From: Raillietiella orientalis
Taxonomy: Eukaryota
Assembly: GCA_036172245.1 (NCBI GenBank)
Contig: JAYWIR010000028.1
Coordinates: forward strand, 434,001 to 498,000
Direction: 5' to 3'
Length of the DNA stretch: 64,000 nt
Part shown: piece by piece, positions 14,601-27,391 of the stretch
How positions within the stretch are numbered: the stretch's first letter is position 1
Layout: each line of letters starts with the position of its first letter
The notes under the pieces: generated by a model
What the model saw: only the letters and a program-made list of their open reading frames with translations
Database searches by the model: none
Told to the model about the DNA's origin: nothing
Program-made: the position numbers and the translations under genes

Positions 14601-15399
14601 GGCGACCCTATATCTAAGCTCATGATCTTCGAAACACGTACACTACGTGATGACATTATCCACGTCTCTCACTATGCAAAAAGGTTTTCAGTGTCGTATG
14701 GTGGCTACCTTGAATCCGTGCAATGCTTTGCACATCACCAAAAGTGACCGATGTTCCAGAACCCCCATCCACATTTACTTGGCGTAATCCATCTTGCCAA
14801 ATACACATATGTGTACATATGGACTTAAGTACAAGCATACATATGTGTTTTGTGGCGAATTACCTGCGCCAGAGCGAGCAGCTTTTCAATCTGAAGACGA
14901 ATGCTCCGACATAAGACGAGAGGTTTGCTCTTCTAAATTACGTTTGCCTATGGAATGATTGTTTTCATATGTCGCAAAACGGCTTGCAGTTACATTTTTG
15001 ACTACATATGGGGACAGCAAACGAACATTTTTTGCTAGTCACACGTCAGTAAATTAGAGGTAATGGATATTCGGTTACATTACCTCTCTGTTTTCAACAG
15101 AAGGCTTGGTATGAATTCGTTTTTATATTTCATGCTACTGAATCACGGGTTCGTGTGCGTTTCCACCACATCCGTTCTAAGGTTACACGTTCTAAACGTG
15201 GGCTCGTAAAAGCATTCGGAGAAGTAGGATAAAATCTGGGAACTTCATAAAGGAGGATAATTAGCCAACATATGGTCTGTTCCTTCAAATTTGCCGGCCA
15301 ACATATGGCTCACGTACACAAGTGGCTTTCTTCCCTCTTGGACTCTTCTGTAATGCACACTAAAGAGATTTTTCAATATGCTTTCCCGGAAGACTGTTC

Positions 15400-16970
15400 T
15401 CAAATTCTCTGACGATTACACCCTCAGTAACGTTTCCATCCCTTGCAGGGAACATGGAATTCGTGACAGCACCGACCGGACAGGCAGAACTGGATGATTC
15501 CGGTGTGTGGTCCATTAATTTCTCTTTGGCAGTCCTCCAGAGGCACGTGGGATGCCGCTTCGGCAGATACGGAGTCTCGGAATGTTTGGTGGGACCGGTT
15601 GGTGCGATGCGTCCTTGGTAGCACGGAAGATGCTGGCATCGAAATTCAGTCTCCACCCTCAAGCCATAGGACCTGCAGCCCATAATCAGTTCCAGAGAGC
15701 CTCGCTACCAAGTTCGTTGTTATCCGGTTCCCTCGTCCCGTGCTCAGCCTACGGAACTGAACGGACGGCAGCTCGTTACAAAGCTGCTGCGTGCTTTCCA
15801 GTGCCCCTCCAGGTGTTTTTACCGGAGCTTTGCAGAAGAATGCACTTTTACACTACGCGTGCTTCGTACTTTGTGCCCAACCACTGTTCCTTTACGCGTT
15901 GATCTTCTGAAGCACCGGAAACTTCCCTTCTCTTGGAAGTCGACTCACAGCCGTGATCAGGAAACGAAAAGAAAGAGACGAGCTCGCGCAAACTACCGAG
16001 AGAGGCACTGGCAAACAGAAGGGGGAAGGGGGGGATTCGGTTTCCCCACGCATCGAACAACGGATCACTCTCCGCCACGCAGCTTCCGTCCGAGGCTGCA
16101 CGCATTCCACCTGTCCGCCAAGCCGTAGCTCTCAGGAAGGCATACGATGAGGCGAAGGTCTGAAAAAAAGGAATCTCTCACGCCCCTACTACATCTTGCG
16201 CATGCCTTCCGAGACCGCGGAATCGTTGTTATCCCGCAGGCTGTGTGGAGGAGGATAATGGGAAAAGAAAAATAAAGAATAAGGAAAACAAAGGACGGAC
16301 TGATGTTATCTCTGCCACCATTACTGGGCGAAGCTTGAAATCTGGTTGAAATAGAGGGGAGAGGGAAAAGGGGGGGAGAAACGGGCGTGGAGCTAGCAGT
16401 CGCGTTGAAGCAAAACCGTACTCGACACTGCTCCGCCGTCGTGCACGTCATACTGAGGAAGCCTTTTCAGGACGCGGACAGCGGCGGCCGCGCAAGCCCA
16501 TCTTCGCGGGAGCACCTTCAATCTGCTAGCAGAGGAGAGGAAAGAACAAGGTCTTTATGGCTTCCAGTCAGGCAGTCTGCAATGACCTCGTCTTTGCAAA
16601 GAAGCTGCTAGTAAATGGCAGTAGGTCCGGGAGTCTGTCCGGAGCACGTCGCTGCGTGACCTCCCGCTGACCCCGCAAAACAAAGGATCATGGAGTTTGG
16701 AAGGACTGACATGTGCGCCTCCCCCTCGGAGACTGTTCCGGGGACTGCGTCGCCATCGCCGTAATCGGGTGGCCACAGCGGCGGCAAATGCAATCTTATC
16801 GTCAGTCATCCCCTTCGCTACCAAGGTTGCGCACTGCTCCCCTCCCCTCTCATCCAAGTCTGTTGATGTACTGTAATGCTGCGTCTGCCACAGGCAATGT
16901 CTCAGCCTGCGCGTTACTTGTAAGGTCTCTCGCTGGCTGAGTTCCATGCAGAAGGCTTCACGCGACACCT
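15400..16970 (-). mobile_element. Degenerate BEL/Pao relic (RT to RNase H)
   Basis: Minus-strand SKLHDPLFCGVSGRSRSDVLRTD (cf. TKLRIVFDAS..G.SLNDVL.TGP), followed by YGLRVETE..GRIAP..IPRLRIC (cf. YLR..AKSRVAP.K.TIPRLEL). Confidence 0.45.
15546..15693. repeat. Left arm of an imperfect inverted repeat (partner 18096-18265)
   Basis: The reverse complement aligns by eye with 18096-18265, with two small indels. Shared blocks include CTTGAGGGTGGAGAC, GATGCCAGCATCTTCCGTGCTACC and CATTCCGAGACTCCG. Confidence 0.9.
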
Positions 16971-17139
16971 AGTGTGCAAGCACCCAGAAGACTTAAAAAG
17001 GGGACTGAACATCCCCAAGGCACCTCAACGATGATTCAGGGAAGTCAGCTTCCTCGACTGGAGAGACCACCGGTCGTCTCAGTAGCAACCGTAGCTTGGC
17101 ATCCATAAAAAGCATAGCGGAAGTGACGTCTTAGCAGTG

Positions 17140-19570
17140 GTGGAGCTGCCGCACCAAGGGCGGCCCGTCTCTAGAGGAAGAGAAGGGGCACGGAACCTCT
17201 ACGGTTTGGTTGCCCCTTCAGTCGACCGGGTCCGGCCTCAGAGACATCTGGAGACTTCGGATTTTTTCCAGACGCCCCGTGCACTCCCCATCCAAACGAA
17301 ATTGCCTTTCGTTGGGTGCGGCGCAGCTCTGGCGCGGGGGTCTTTCGCGCGGGAGTAAGCCATCCCTTGCCGTACTCCTCGGAAAGGAGGACCCAGAGAC
17401 GGAAAGAGGCTCTGACTCCTCCCTGCCACTGCCTAGGGCGTCGGAACTCCGAGCAATCCGACCTTCGCCCTCCCCCCGTCATACCTCGCTTCCCTTTCCG
17501 TTCCTGTGCGCGCGCCTCTCCTCCCCCTCAATCCTTAAAGAAGCGGGTGAGGGAAAGGAGAAGGCAAACAGACAAGACCAGCAGCATCTTTTGCCCCTGT
17601 TCCCATGTGCAGACCCCACTTGTCCGTTTCCTGCTCTCCTGAAATCGGTACCGTTGGGAAGTGCTCTCCCTGACCTCCGAACCGAGTCCAAGGGTCCGGA
17701 AGTCAGCTCTCTCCCTCCTCGTGCTCGATCACCCCGTTGTTGCGAGTCGTCCATGGTCAACGGCCGATCTTGACGTGACTCCACAACGCGTAAGATACTC
17801 ACCCCTTCCCCCCCCGACCCAGGAGTGCCGCTGTTCCAACAGTAGAGCAGCAGTCAGCAGTCCTGGCTTCCTTCGAAGAAATCCCCCCACCCCCTTTTCG
17901 TCTCTTCAAAGGTCTCAGAGAACAGTCTGGGTGACCAGTTCAAGTGCAAAGATGTCCTCCAGAGAGCCTTTCATCTTGAAGGAGAAAAGTACGGCGGCGC
18001 CTTCCCCTCCCCGTTTTGACCAGGGGAGGAGTTTCGTTCGCCTGCCACCTACTCGTGAGCCCCACCTCACGTGGATGGCATTGTCGGCGAACCCAGGAAC
18101 TGATTATTGGCTGCAGGTTCTATGACTTGAGGGTGGAGACCGAATGGAGCCACTGAATGTTGATGCCAGCATCTTCCGTGCTACCGAGGACGCGTCGCGC
18201 TAAGGCGACACAGAACCATGCCAGCGCATTCCGAGACTCCGAATCTGCCAAGCCGGCATCCCACGCACCAGATAAGATCGTCCCTGACACTCTCGCAAGA
18301 GGCTACAGGAATGCCTTGGGGGACGGAGAGGATGGGGAAAGGAAAGGGTAGAGGTGCGGGTGGCAAGTTCGGGCGTCACTCTTTCAGGCAGAGGCACATC
18401 CGATGAGATTTCTCATGAGAGGAGGGGAAGGCGACCTTGTCTGCGGCTGCCAAGGCGGCCACGGGTCGCCTTGACAACTGTGGGGAGGAACCGGGAAACG
18501 GTTGGTATCTTCCCGTTCCTGGACCAATTCCAGGAATGCGAGCCCTTCTGGAGAACGTGCGCGCACATGGTCGCTCTTCGCGAAGTCGAGTGCGCCCGGA
18601 GGGGGACGGTTGGCGAACCCGGCCGCCGACCTTTCTGAGAACGGCAAGGCCTCCACTGCCAGTCGCCCCCGAGGCGGTCCCGAACCCCGCCCAAGGGGAC
18701 GCAGAGGAGGTGTCCTTTAAACGAAGCCGGGCACAGAGATCGGCAGCGCACCCGTGGTAACCGCAGCGGGCGATGACGCTGCCTCCGCCACCTGCCGAAG
18801 GGGCTGGGAGCTCCGGATCTCTGACCCCGCCCCGGATGGAGTCCCGAGAAGCCGTCCGAAGGCGTGCTTCCGGAGCCTACTTGGAATGACGGGCTCTCAT
18901 CTCGAATTCGCGGAGGGCAGGAGAGCGGGCGTGGATGCGAGGCTCGACGAGGTTGCTCCCTGGGGAAGTCAATGAACCCTTTGCGGACGGAGGAATGTCA
19001 TCCCCGAGGACGGGGCGAGGCGTTCTTCTCCCTCGCGGATGCTCATTGCGGGATCGCGGGGATGGAGGGGGAAGGGGGGGAACGGGAACCCGAGCGCGGG
19101 CGGCTGTTGCTGACTCCGGCAGGCCCCCCCGATGTCGTCAGCGACCGGGTCAGCAGGTCCACTGCTACTGCGTCCGGTAGCGAACGAAACCGCCCTCATC
19201 CCTCCCGTTGCCTCTGGGCAAGGAGAGGTGCCACCTTCTTACCCATTCTCACCTTGCAACTTGATCCTCCGCGTAGCTGCAACGCGGTTCTCGAAGCGGC
19301 TACCTCACGGTTTTGCCACCCCTTCCCCTGACCACCGGCTGAACATCTTCTCCCTTCCCTTCCCTCTTGCTTCCCCGAAGGCATGCTAGGATCGCGCCGA
19401 CCCCGCCGTGTGAGGATGCAGGAAAACTGGCGACTGTCGGGGAGACGGCCGCCTGCTGAGGGTCAGGTTCACTGGCATGGGCACGTCCCTCAGGGATGGC
19501 GTCCTCTGCTCCTGCAGTCTCAGGCAAAGCGCGGATCTGAACCAGAAGAATGCGTATCCCTAGAGCTTTC
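17140..19570 (+). mobile_element. Degenerate BEL/Pao relic (RT-RNase H-integrase-DUF5641)
   Basis: Ordered fragments: AQLWRGGL (cf. QELW..GLDWD), RGRVAL..IPRLRIC, GSAGPLLLR (cf. DFAGPL) and C-terminal RDGVLCSCSLRQS..YP/LEL (DUF5641-like). Confidence 0.5.
18096..18265. repeat. Right arm of an imperfect inverted repeat (partner 15546-15693)
   Basis: See the left arm. The ORF track shows MPASSVLPRT on opposite strands at both sites. Confidence 0.9.
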
Positions 19571-21699
19571 TGCCAGTCCAAGGCGCGAGCTCTGCAGAAG
19601 TTCCGCGAAGGCAGAGGGGCGGGGGATGCTGCTGCGGCGAACGGTGGCCAACTGCCCTTTCCGCCCTTTCGACTCCGGAGAAGTGGTCTCTTACTTTCCC
19701 CCGGTCCCCCCACATTCCGTCGTCCATCATCGCAGGGTTTTTTTTTTTCTTTTTCTTTTTTGGAGGCAGACAGCAAGCCGTCGGAGAAACCTCTCGGTGG
19801 ACGTGGTTTCTCTTCAGCCCATCCCGGGGAGGGAGGGCAGGGCATTCCTCCTCCCCCGTTCGCTCCCCCTTCTTATCCCACCCTTGAGATCAGCACGCAC
19901 CGGATGGGACTGCGAGCAAAAGCGTCTGGTGAGGACCCAGCCAGCGTCTCTAGCCAGCTCCCGGAACGGCTCGGCGCAAGCTCTGGACCGAGATGCGAGG
20001 CGTCTCCGCCGCGCAGGAAGCTGTTGAGCCCTGGGAGCGTGGGCGCCGGCGGCGGGGCAGCCACGACGCTCTCCTGCAGGTTGACAGCGGCCTTAATGCG
20101 AAGCGGGAATGAAACTGGAGGGCATCAACACACAGTGCACATTCGATAGAGTCACCTCTGCTGGAATTTTAAAAATGTTGCCTTTATAGAATGCTGTTGA
20201 TTGTATCGAGACGAGTAGTTGAAATAAAAAAAAAAATCAATTTCGGATCATTAGATGAAAGAAAGCAAATCGTTGAACAGCAATCGTGAATTTTTTTCTT
20301 CCTTCACAATCAGACGAACAAATTTAGCAACATTGCAAAAGTGAAAATAATGATAGCGCGTGGCAGATGACGATGGTACGATGTAAAATTTTATTCAAAA
20401 CTTCTTCACGGTTGCGTTCTCCCGTGTTCTTCTCAGGAGAAGAGCATCCACGGGGAGATAGATTAATCTCGTATGGTACATTCACCTTGCAGTGGAGCGC
20501 CCCCCGTGTTCCATAATTCCGTTCTTGGAAACCGGAATTTCGCATTTTCATCCAGCAAGGTTTGAGGTTTACGCCACAGTGAATTAGCTGACCTGACCTG
20601 CATGTGTTCACTACTTTCCTACCCACATGCGTGCACTCTGCTTCAGTTACAGGATCAATTGGTATTTTGCAGGAGAGAAGACGCACGTTTCTAACCTTGT
20701 GAATTTGTGGTTTCATACCGATGGCAAATCAAAGGGATTCATAGTCGGCACGGTCCAAATGCCAAAGAGTGGTTCCGCCACTGATTAGGAATTTCTCTTA
20801 TTTTTACCCATCTTTCGCGGAATAACAGAAAACTTTGAATGCCGACGAATCCAAGGTTTGCCCATGTCAAAAGTTCCTTTTATCAAAGGTCACCGTATCC
20901 AAGGCGCGCTGCACGCGCACACGTGTGAGTGTGTATGTGTGCAGGCGCACTCATGCGGCGCGTGCGGCCATACATATTCAGCTTCTCGGACTTTTTGACC
21001 ACCGTCGAAGTGTGCGCGTGTGGAATGTGTGCCCAGATCTGCGGGTCACAACGACGCGACGACACGCCGGCTGCCGTTCGCCCCGATGTTGACTGCACGC
21101 CCGCGAAGAAGACTTGGCCATGTCCGTTCCCACGGCGACGCTGATTCGGCAGGAAACCCGAGGAAAAGGCTCTCCCGCCACCTCGCAGCAGGTCGAAAAA
21201 TTGCCGGACACGAGCCCAGGACCACCTCCTTGAAATGATTGCCGAAACTTCCGCTGCAATTCGAAAGCAGCTGGAACTGCTGACTGAATCCCTCAGAAAA
21301 TATAAAAGACTCCTGGAAAAGTGCTTCAGGATGCATACGGCGTCAGCAGCAGCAACAGCACCCACGGGCAGAAGGCTCTTGGATCCAAAAGTTCGGAATA
21401 GAGGGACCGGGAAATCATCGCAAGCTCTGGCTTTGGGAGGAGGAAGGGGGAGGGGGTTCAAGGAAGAATTTCGCTTGTGGTATTCGGAACATCATCGTAT
21501 CGAAGTTGTAGCAACATGTCCTCGGTCGCAAACGGTTCCAATCACCTCCAGGATCATTCCGAAGAGCAAAACCCGAGTTTCACTTGAACTCTTCTTGGAA
21601 TGAATCTGACAAACATGAGTGTATGAACACAAAGCGTGTCCTTCAAAAATCGCTTCGGGTGATCTTCGTTGCTACTCCCGCATAGCTGAGGTCTTCAGG

Positions 21700-22490
21700 A
21701 TTTTTAAGCTGGACCCCAGCTTGAAAATCAACGTTTGCCCTTTCGGAGAAAAAGGAAAGTCATTTGATCTCGCGTCTGTAGATTTTTCAGACGTGAGGAG
21801 GAGGGAAGGGGGGCTAGTTGAACAAAGCGTCTGCAGCCTTGTTTACTGATGAACTGCAAAAGGTCACCGGTGGACGTCTTTGCAGTCGTGGAGAGCATTC
21901 GTCAGTCACCCCAGTACTGTTCGCATTTATGATGCAGGCGGGGGCGGTGTGAGCTTTGGGCCAATTGACGCGAAAAAGAAACTGAACAATCTGGCAACTA
22001 CATCTCCAGCACACGGGCACGAGATAGGTCTCCCCACAAGGTCTGCCAAACTTCGCCTGTAAATGGGTTGGTGAGCACACCGTTCTTGAAGAGGTTTCAG
22101 AGTCTGAAGACTCTTGACTGACAGCAGGAAACGCTTCAATCAAGGTGAAGCTGAAGAAGGACAGAACTGACTGCTTACGCTGAGAAAATATGTTCCCGAA
22201 ACAAACACATCCAGGACAACGCGGCAGGCGCGTTACAACTGCAATCCAGGACATCAAAACGGGAGAAAGCAGTAAAAGTGCATTCCCTTGAAAGCAGACA
22301 GATTAACCGAACGAGCGGTCCTGAAAGTATTATATGTTTAATGGGGCTGCTGAGACTGCGTGCAAACTGACCACGTGGAGCCCACAGCTACCACTAAGGC
22401 TATTTTTTCGTTTCGCATTGTAGCGTTCCTTGATATGGAAAGGCAGGTGATAGGTGGGAGTGTAGCTGTGTTCAAGGCTCCCGGCAACCG
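21700..22490 (+). mobile_element. Degenerate non-LTR retrotransposon (CR1/L2-like RT and C-terminus)
   Basis: Ordered fragments: EKGKSFDLASVDFS (cf. D..YLDFSKAFD), SSVTPVLFAF (cf. GSVLGPVLF), LWAN/DAK (cf. FADD.K), GRRVTTAIQDIK (cf. QRRAT..I) and IFSFRIV..SVAVFK. Confidence 0.45.
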
Positions 22491-22899
22491 AAAACTTTCC
22501 CATGCAAGGCGGTTCGCGGTTCACTCACCAAGGGATGATGCCAACACCTTATTCCTGAATATCCGGTCGAACTCCAGGTTTTACTGCTTTGCACCGAATC
22601 CTCCGAAAATGAAAGGTTTTTTTTTTTTTCTTCCTGGTGAAGTACTCAGTTATGCGGACATCGACTCTTTGTGTCACATGGGTTATGGACAAGCGTTCCC
22701 TCACTGCTGGGGAAAACACTCTGGGCTTCCACTACAGGGACGGCAACCCTCAGAAAAGCAAGAAGAGGAAGAGGTCTTGTTCGTGTGCAAAGGCACGCAA
22801 AATCAAAAGACCTTGAAGCATCGGTAGCACACCATCAAGTAAACATGGGTATGGTGGAGATTCGCATCTAAGAAACGAAAGTCCTGAGGAAAAGGAAAC

Positions 22900-23300
22900 C
22901 ATTTGGATCCTTTCAATCTTCAAAACAGATGAAGACAAAGTGCTCGTAGGAGAAACGCAATGGAAAGCGTTTCGACGCTGAAGACGAACTGCCAATGAGC
23001 GGATGTTTTTTAAACGGTATAGGAAAGAGCAAAAGAGAGCCTCCCTTTCCTCCCTGGTCACCCTTAAAAAAACCCTGTATATATAATAGAAGCAAACAAA
23101 TGGTTACATGATTTCCTTCGTTCTTATACAGCTGAGGTAACTTTTTCCACTGAGTCAAGGGCGATATCCAACTGCCTATCTTTATTCCCTGTTTTCGACC
23201 GAGCTATCGTCTGGACTCTTTGGGGGACAATTCGAAAATCGAAGCATCCACGTTGCCCATGAGGTATGGTGACGATTCGCATGTACGAAGTGCACGAGAA
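22900..23300 (+). mobile_element. Second degenerate LINE RT fragment
   Basis: KAF/D, LSQG..AYLYSLF and RYGDD (YADD-like) occur in order. Confidence 0.3.
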
Positions 23301-23893
23301 GTGACTTGCAAAGAGAAGGCAAGACTGGGGAATTTCTCCGAAATGGGGAAAAAGAGAGCGGCAGAAGCGATGTCCGTCGTCAAAGAGATATTCGTGACGA
23401 ATGTCAAGGAGCTGGTAACGAATTATTTTAAGGGGGACCTCAAGTTTCGATTGAATACAGGGAAAAAGAAAGGAAAAAGAGGGGAGGGGGTGGGTGGGGG
23501 GAAGTGTTTCGTCGTTTCGATTTTCCGGTTGCAAGTAGATGGATGCATTGTCCTTCAGCATCCGCTGCCGACACGTTTCCATGAACGTATGATAAAGGTC
23601 ACACTGCATGAATTGTATTTCCGCTTCTAAACTATTGAGAATGATTAGAGCAATGAATCTTCGAAACTTTGACGTTGTGAAAGCACCCAGGGAATTAAGG
23701 ATCATTAAGATTCTTTTCGCATCCCCTGGGATCAAATCCTAGAGAAGCAATTGGAGAATTCTGTGTCCATATGTTACGTTGCATAGGTCAGTGACCTGCT
23801 AAGCTATTCAGTATATGAACTTGAATTCCAAAAGCAAATCTAATATTGAGATGTGTTTCAAGTGGTGTAAGCGTTCGCGAAATACGTGAAAAC

Positions 23894-26468
23894 ATGAGGT
23901 AAGGTGGTATGTAAGTGGTAGTAGCTTACGAGGTTGAGGTTTGAAGCGTGGTTGTGTATAATGTTTCGAATACTTTATGTTTCGCGCATGCAGGAAATGT
24001 TGCCATATCGAAATTTACCGGAGGTTTAAATCAGCGTAATTGCAAACTTTGATTGAAAATTCTCCGAGTGATTTTTTTTTTTTTTTTCCCCCTCCCCCCA
24101 ACTTGCAGCCTTTGCCAAGCTAATGGTAAAAAAAAAAAAAAAAAATGCTGGGAAATCATTCCAGTGGGACGGTGGAACTTTCGTTGACATTACAGAACTG
24201 TTTCGAAGATCACGGACTTTACGATTACCGACTTGGTTTTGCACTTTCGTGAAATCGAAATTAGCATTTTGGAAATTCAGAAACCTCGAGAATGCGGTGT
24301 TTCTGCTTGGATGCTACTGCGGGGAGGAGGGGGATCGCCCCGTGGTAATCGCGATTTTGATTTTTATCCGTAGGAAGATATTTTGGATCGCACTATGCAC
24401 ATTACACATTGGCATCAGGTGTTTTTGCCACGGAGGTCATGAGGAACACTGGAGCCCTGATGACCAATCTGGGAGCTCCCAGTCCCAAGCTGAGGTACAC
24501 AACGTCTATAGTCGATGCAGGGGACAGCCAGGAGATCCAGTAATTTTCGCGGATCCCAATTCGTGCAGTCATTACTTCATATGCCTGAATGGCGTCCCTT
24601 GGTTGTTTTCGTGCCCCGAAGGGTTGCAGTTCAATCCTGACGGCGGATCATGTGACTACGTATATAAAATAAAGTGTACCATTTCAACTAGGTAAGTTGC
24701 AGAAGAAAGGGGATCCAAACAGTAAGGTGACGTAGAATAATAGAACTGTCAATTCGGCGCGCAAGTGTTCTCTTGCTGACCTCCGTTGCTGCATTCTTTT
24801 GTCATGTAGAGTTCAGTACTTTCCCCCCCCCCCTCTCTGGAACCGGTCGTAGTCATTACGTATTCGTGTCAGTACGAAGGTTCCATTAGCGTCTTCGCAC
24901 GAAATTCACCGTGGCAACTGCATAAGTACCTCCTGCCATCAAAAACCGAGTCCTTTACCGTAGCATTCACCGAGATGTAGCTCAACATTCTTTTCGAATC
25001 GGCTACCATAAGGAATCTCGATGAAAAAAGCTGCACACCCCGCGCATGCTGAAGAGACCGACCCCCCTCTTCACCGCCTCCTCCAACGGCCCTTTGTGCA
25101 ATCTGCTCCCGCGGGAGGGGGGGGGAGGGAAAGCCGTCGCCCGCGGGTTTCCGCTAAACTCATCCCTGACCACTTCTGCTGCAGATTCCTTCCGCTCGAC
25201 GGATTTCGCATCGCGGAGACGAACGAACCGTCTCGCCGCGAAATGTGCCGCCGGAGGAAGAAAGAAGCTCGCGGTGCAGCAGCAGCAAGGAAAGCAGCCG
25301 CCGGGTGGGCGCTGCGTCGCATGAGCTCCGAATACATAAGCGAATCCAATCCATTTGAAATTATGCGGGAAAGAACACATTACATTCATCTTTGCGTATT
25401 GAACAGTTGCATGATCAAAGAATGCAGTGCTGTCGGATGACGGAAATCATTGCACGATGACGACGAGAAACACGTGCATCCGCGTGCTCGATCGCTTCGC
25501 CACACCAAACACTACGTCAGCGCCACCCGTAGCACCCAGAAAATGTACATTCTCGATTACGATGTGCTCGTGCTTTTCTTTTTCTCTTTGCATCTTTAAG
25601 GAGGAATCGCCGCAACAGCGTAGAGGGCAGCATGCTGTGCTCGCAAGCACCACCAGGTCACCTATTCCGCGATCCTACCAACATCCACACCTTCTACAAA
25701 TGCATTAACGGAGTGCAGTACCGTTTCCCCTGCCCGCCCATGCATTTTTTCAATGCGACACTGCAAAACTGCCAGCAGGAGAAGAGGAAAGAGCAGCAGC
25801 CGCAGAAGCTGCCCAACGAGGTCGCGAAGATACTGCTGGAAGTCGTCGACCTACAGGACAAGGTGCAGCAGGAGAGACAGGAAACCACCCCGCTGCTGCA
25901 GATCCTTCTGGAAAGCCTGGGTGCGATTGAAAACGTGGAGCTACGTCAGAGAATCATGGAACTCATAAACAGACTGCGTTCCATCATCCAGCAGCGGATT
26001 GACGACACGCACTACTTCCTCAGCCGACTGAACACGAACCTCGATCATGTCATCCAGTCTTTCCGGGAGAGCGAAGGTCAAGCCAACAGGACGGCGGAAG
26101 AAGAGTCTCCCGAACCCAGCGACCCCATCGACGACAAAGAGATTCAAGTGAACATCAGCACGGCGTCCGGAAACGCGTCGGGAACTTTCCAAGTCACCAC
26201 AAACGTCAACGGGACGGACTTTCCCTCGATATCACGTAAACAGTCGATTGCCAACTCGTCGTCATCGCTGGTCGTTTCAGACGCATACGTTAACAGCCAA
26301 GACCCCCTGAGTGACGCGGACACGAAGCAGAATACTTCTTCCAATAATTTCGAACCTCCATTGCCCCAGAACGAGGGGGAGAGCACGAGGAAACTCGCTC
26401 CCTACATAACTTCTTGGCAAGCGGGATCCGTTGCGTCTTCGGACGTCAGAAGTTTTCAGGATCCATAG
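23894..26468 (+). CDS. Secreted chitin-binding type-2 (CBM14/peritrophin-A) protein, about 396 aa; exons 23894-23898, 24374-24691, 25601-26468
   Basis: A 5-nt coding start ATGAG|GTAAG gives the signal-like MRKIFWIALCTLHIGIRCFC. A canonical 6-Cys ChtBD2 (CRGQPG..DPNSCSHYFICLNG..CPEGLQFNP..CDY..C) is followed by a second, 4-Cys domain, a coiled-coil-like block and a Ser/Thr-rich tail. Splice phases (2/2) agree. Confidence 0.8.
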
Positions 26469-26888
26469 CAGGCTCTTTCTCCTAAAGGTCTTTAAGTTTA
26501 TCTAACGTTCTCTCAGCTTTGAAATGACTTAATTTTTCCGAAACCTTCCTCAAGTAAAGAAAAAAAATGTTAAAAGTTTGCTTCGTTCTCTATTATTGAA
26601 ACCCCAGCTTTTTGCAACAAAGAATACATACACCACCCTCTTTTATTTGTTGTTTTATTCTCCACCACACAAAGCGAAACACTTCAGCTAGTGGGTCAAG
26701 GTACTGAAACAGGCCATACCCACTCTAAGCTACTGCACTGTACAGGGATGGCATGTATAACCAACGGCCCCTTAGAGATCCATATGGAGTGGGCTTGGCT
26801 GGGAACATCTGACATTCATGGGGCTATACATTGGGATTCAATGATGACTGCTAATTGCGGTGCAACTTGAGCAGTTCTTCAAAAAGCA

Positions 26889-27391
26889 CTATTTGTCCTC
26901 CAAAAAGTGATCCTTCAAATGTTTCATCATACCGAAAGTTCGGAATCGTTCAACACCTGAGCACAAGTCAACACTAATATGGGATTATGAACTCACCAAA
27001 GACTTTCATTAGTTCTTCATCACAAATGGCGTACTGTTTATTTTTTGGATCATACAGGTTACGTTCTTTAATAATGGCCCACATCTGCTTAACTACCTCA
27101 TGCCTGGGCATTCTTTCTTTGCCCATTAAGGCAGCCAGCTCAGGACTTAACTTAAAGGTTTTTGTGAATCCTGTTTCTCTTTTTTTCTGAAGTGCACATT
27201 AGCTATGAACGGAATTTATGCCAACTCACCTTTGCTTCCTTGGGCTTCTCATCTTCGGCGACTCTTTTCATTCCTCTGTTGTCTGTCTGTGGAGGCATAG
27301 CACTTTGATATGCTTGATATTGTGCAGCTGCCGCTCCATACTGAGCATTCATATTTACAGGCACGTTATTGTAACCTCCATAATATTCCAT
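26889..27391 (-). CDS. SWIB/MDM2-domain protein, spp27/UAF30-like, 139 aa; exons 27391-27230, 27186-26997, 26956-26889
   Basis: GFTKTFKLSPELAALMG..MPRHEVVKQMWAIIKERNLYDPKNKQYAICDEELMKVFG..FRTFGMMKHLKDH is a typical SWIB domain. Introns of 43 and 40 nt are GT-AG and in phase. Minus-strand AATAAA near 26647 and 26659. Confidence 0.92.

Noticed and set aside
17137..20149. Dense overlapping Pro/Arg/Gly-rich ORFs on both strands
   Set aside because: Explained by high GC and a decayed BEL/Pao element; no frame keeps a coherent protein.
23124..23735. 203-aa minus-strand ORF
   Set aside because: Antisense to LINE RT fragments, with no homology I can recognise.
25407..25520. In-frame TGA in a possible extra exon (CMIKECSAVG*RKSLHDDD), suggesting selenocysteine or readthrough
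   Set aside because: The gene splices in frame without it and I see no SECIS.
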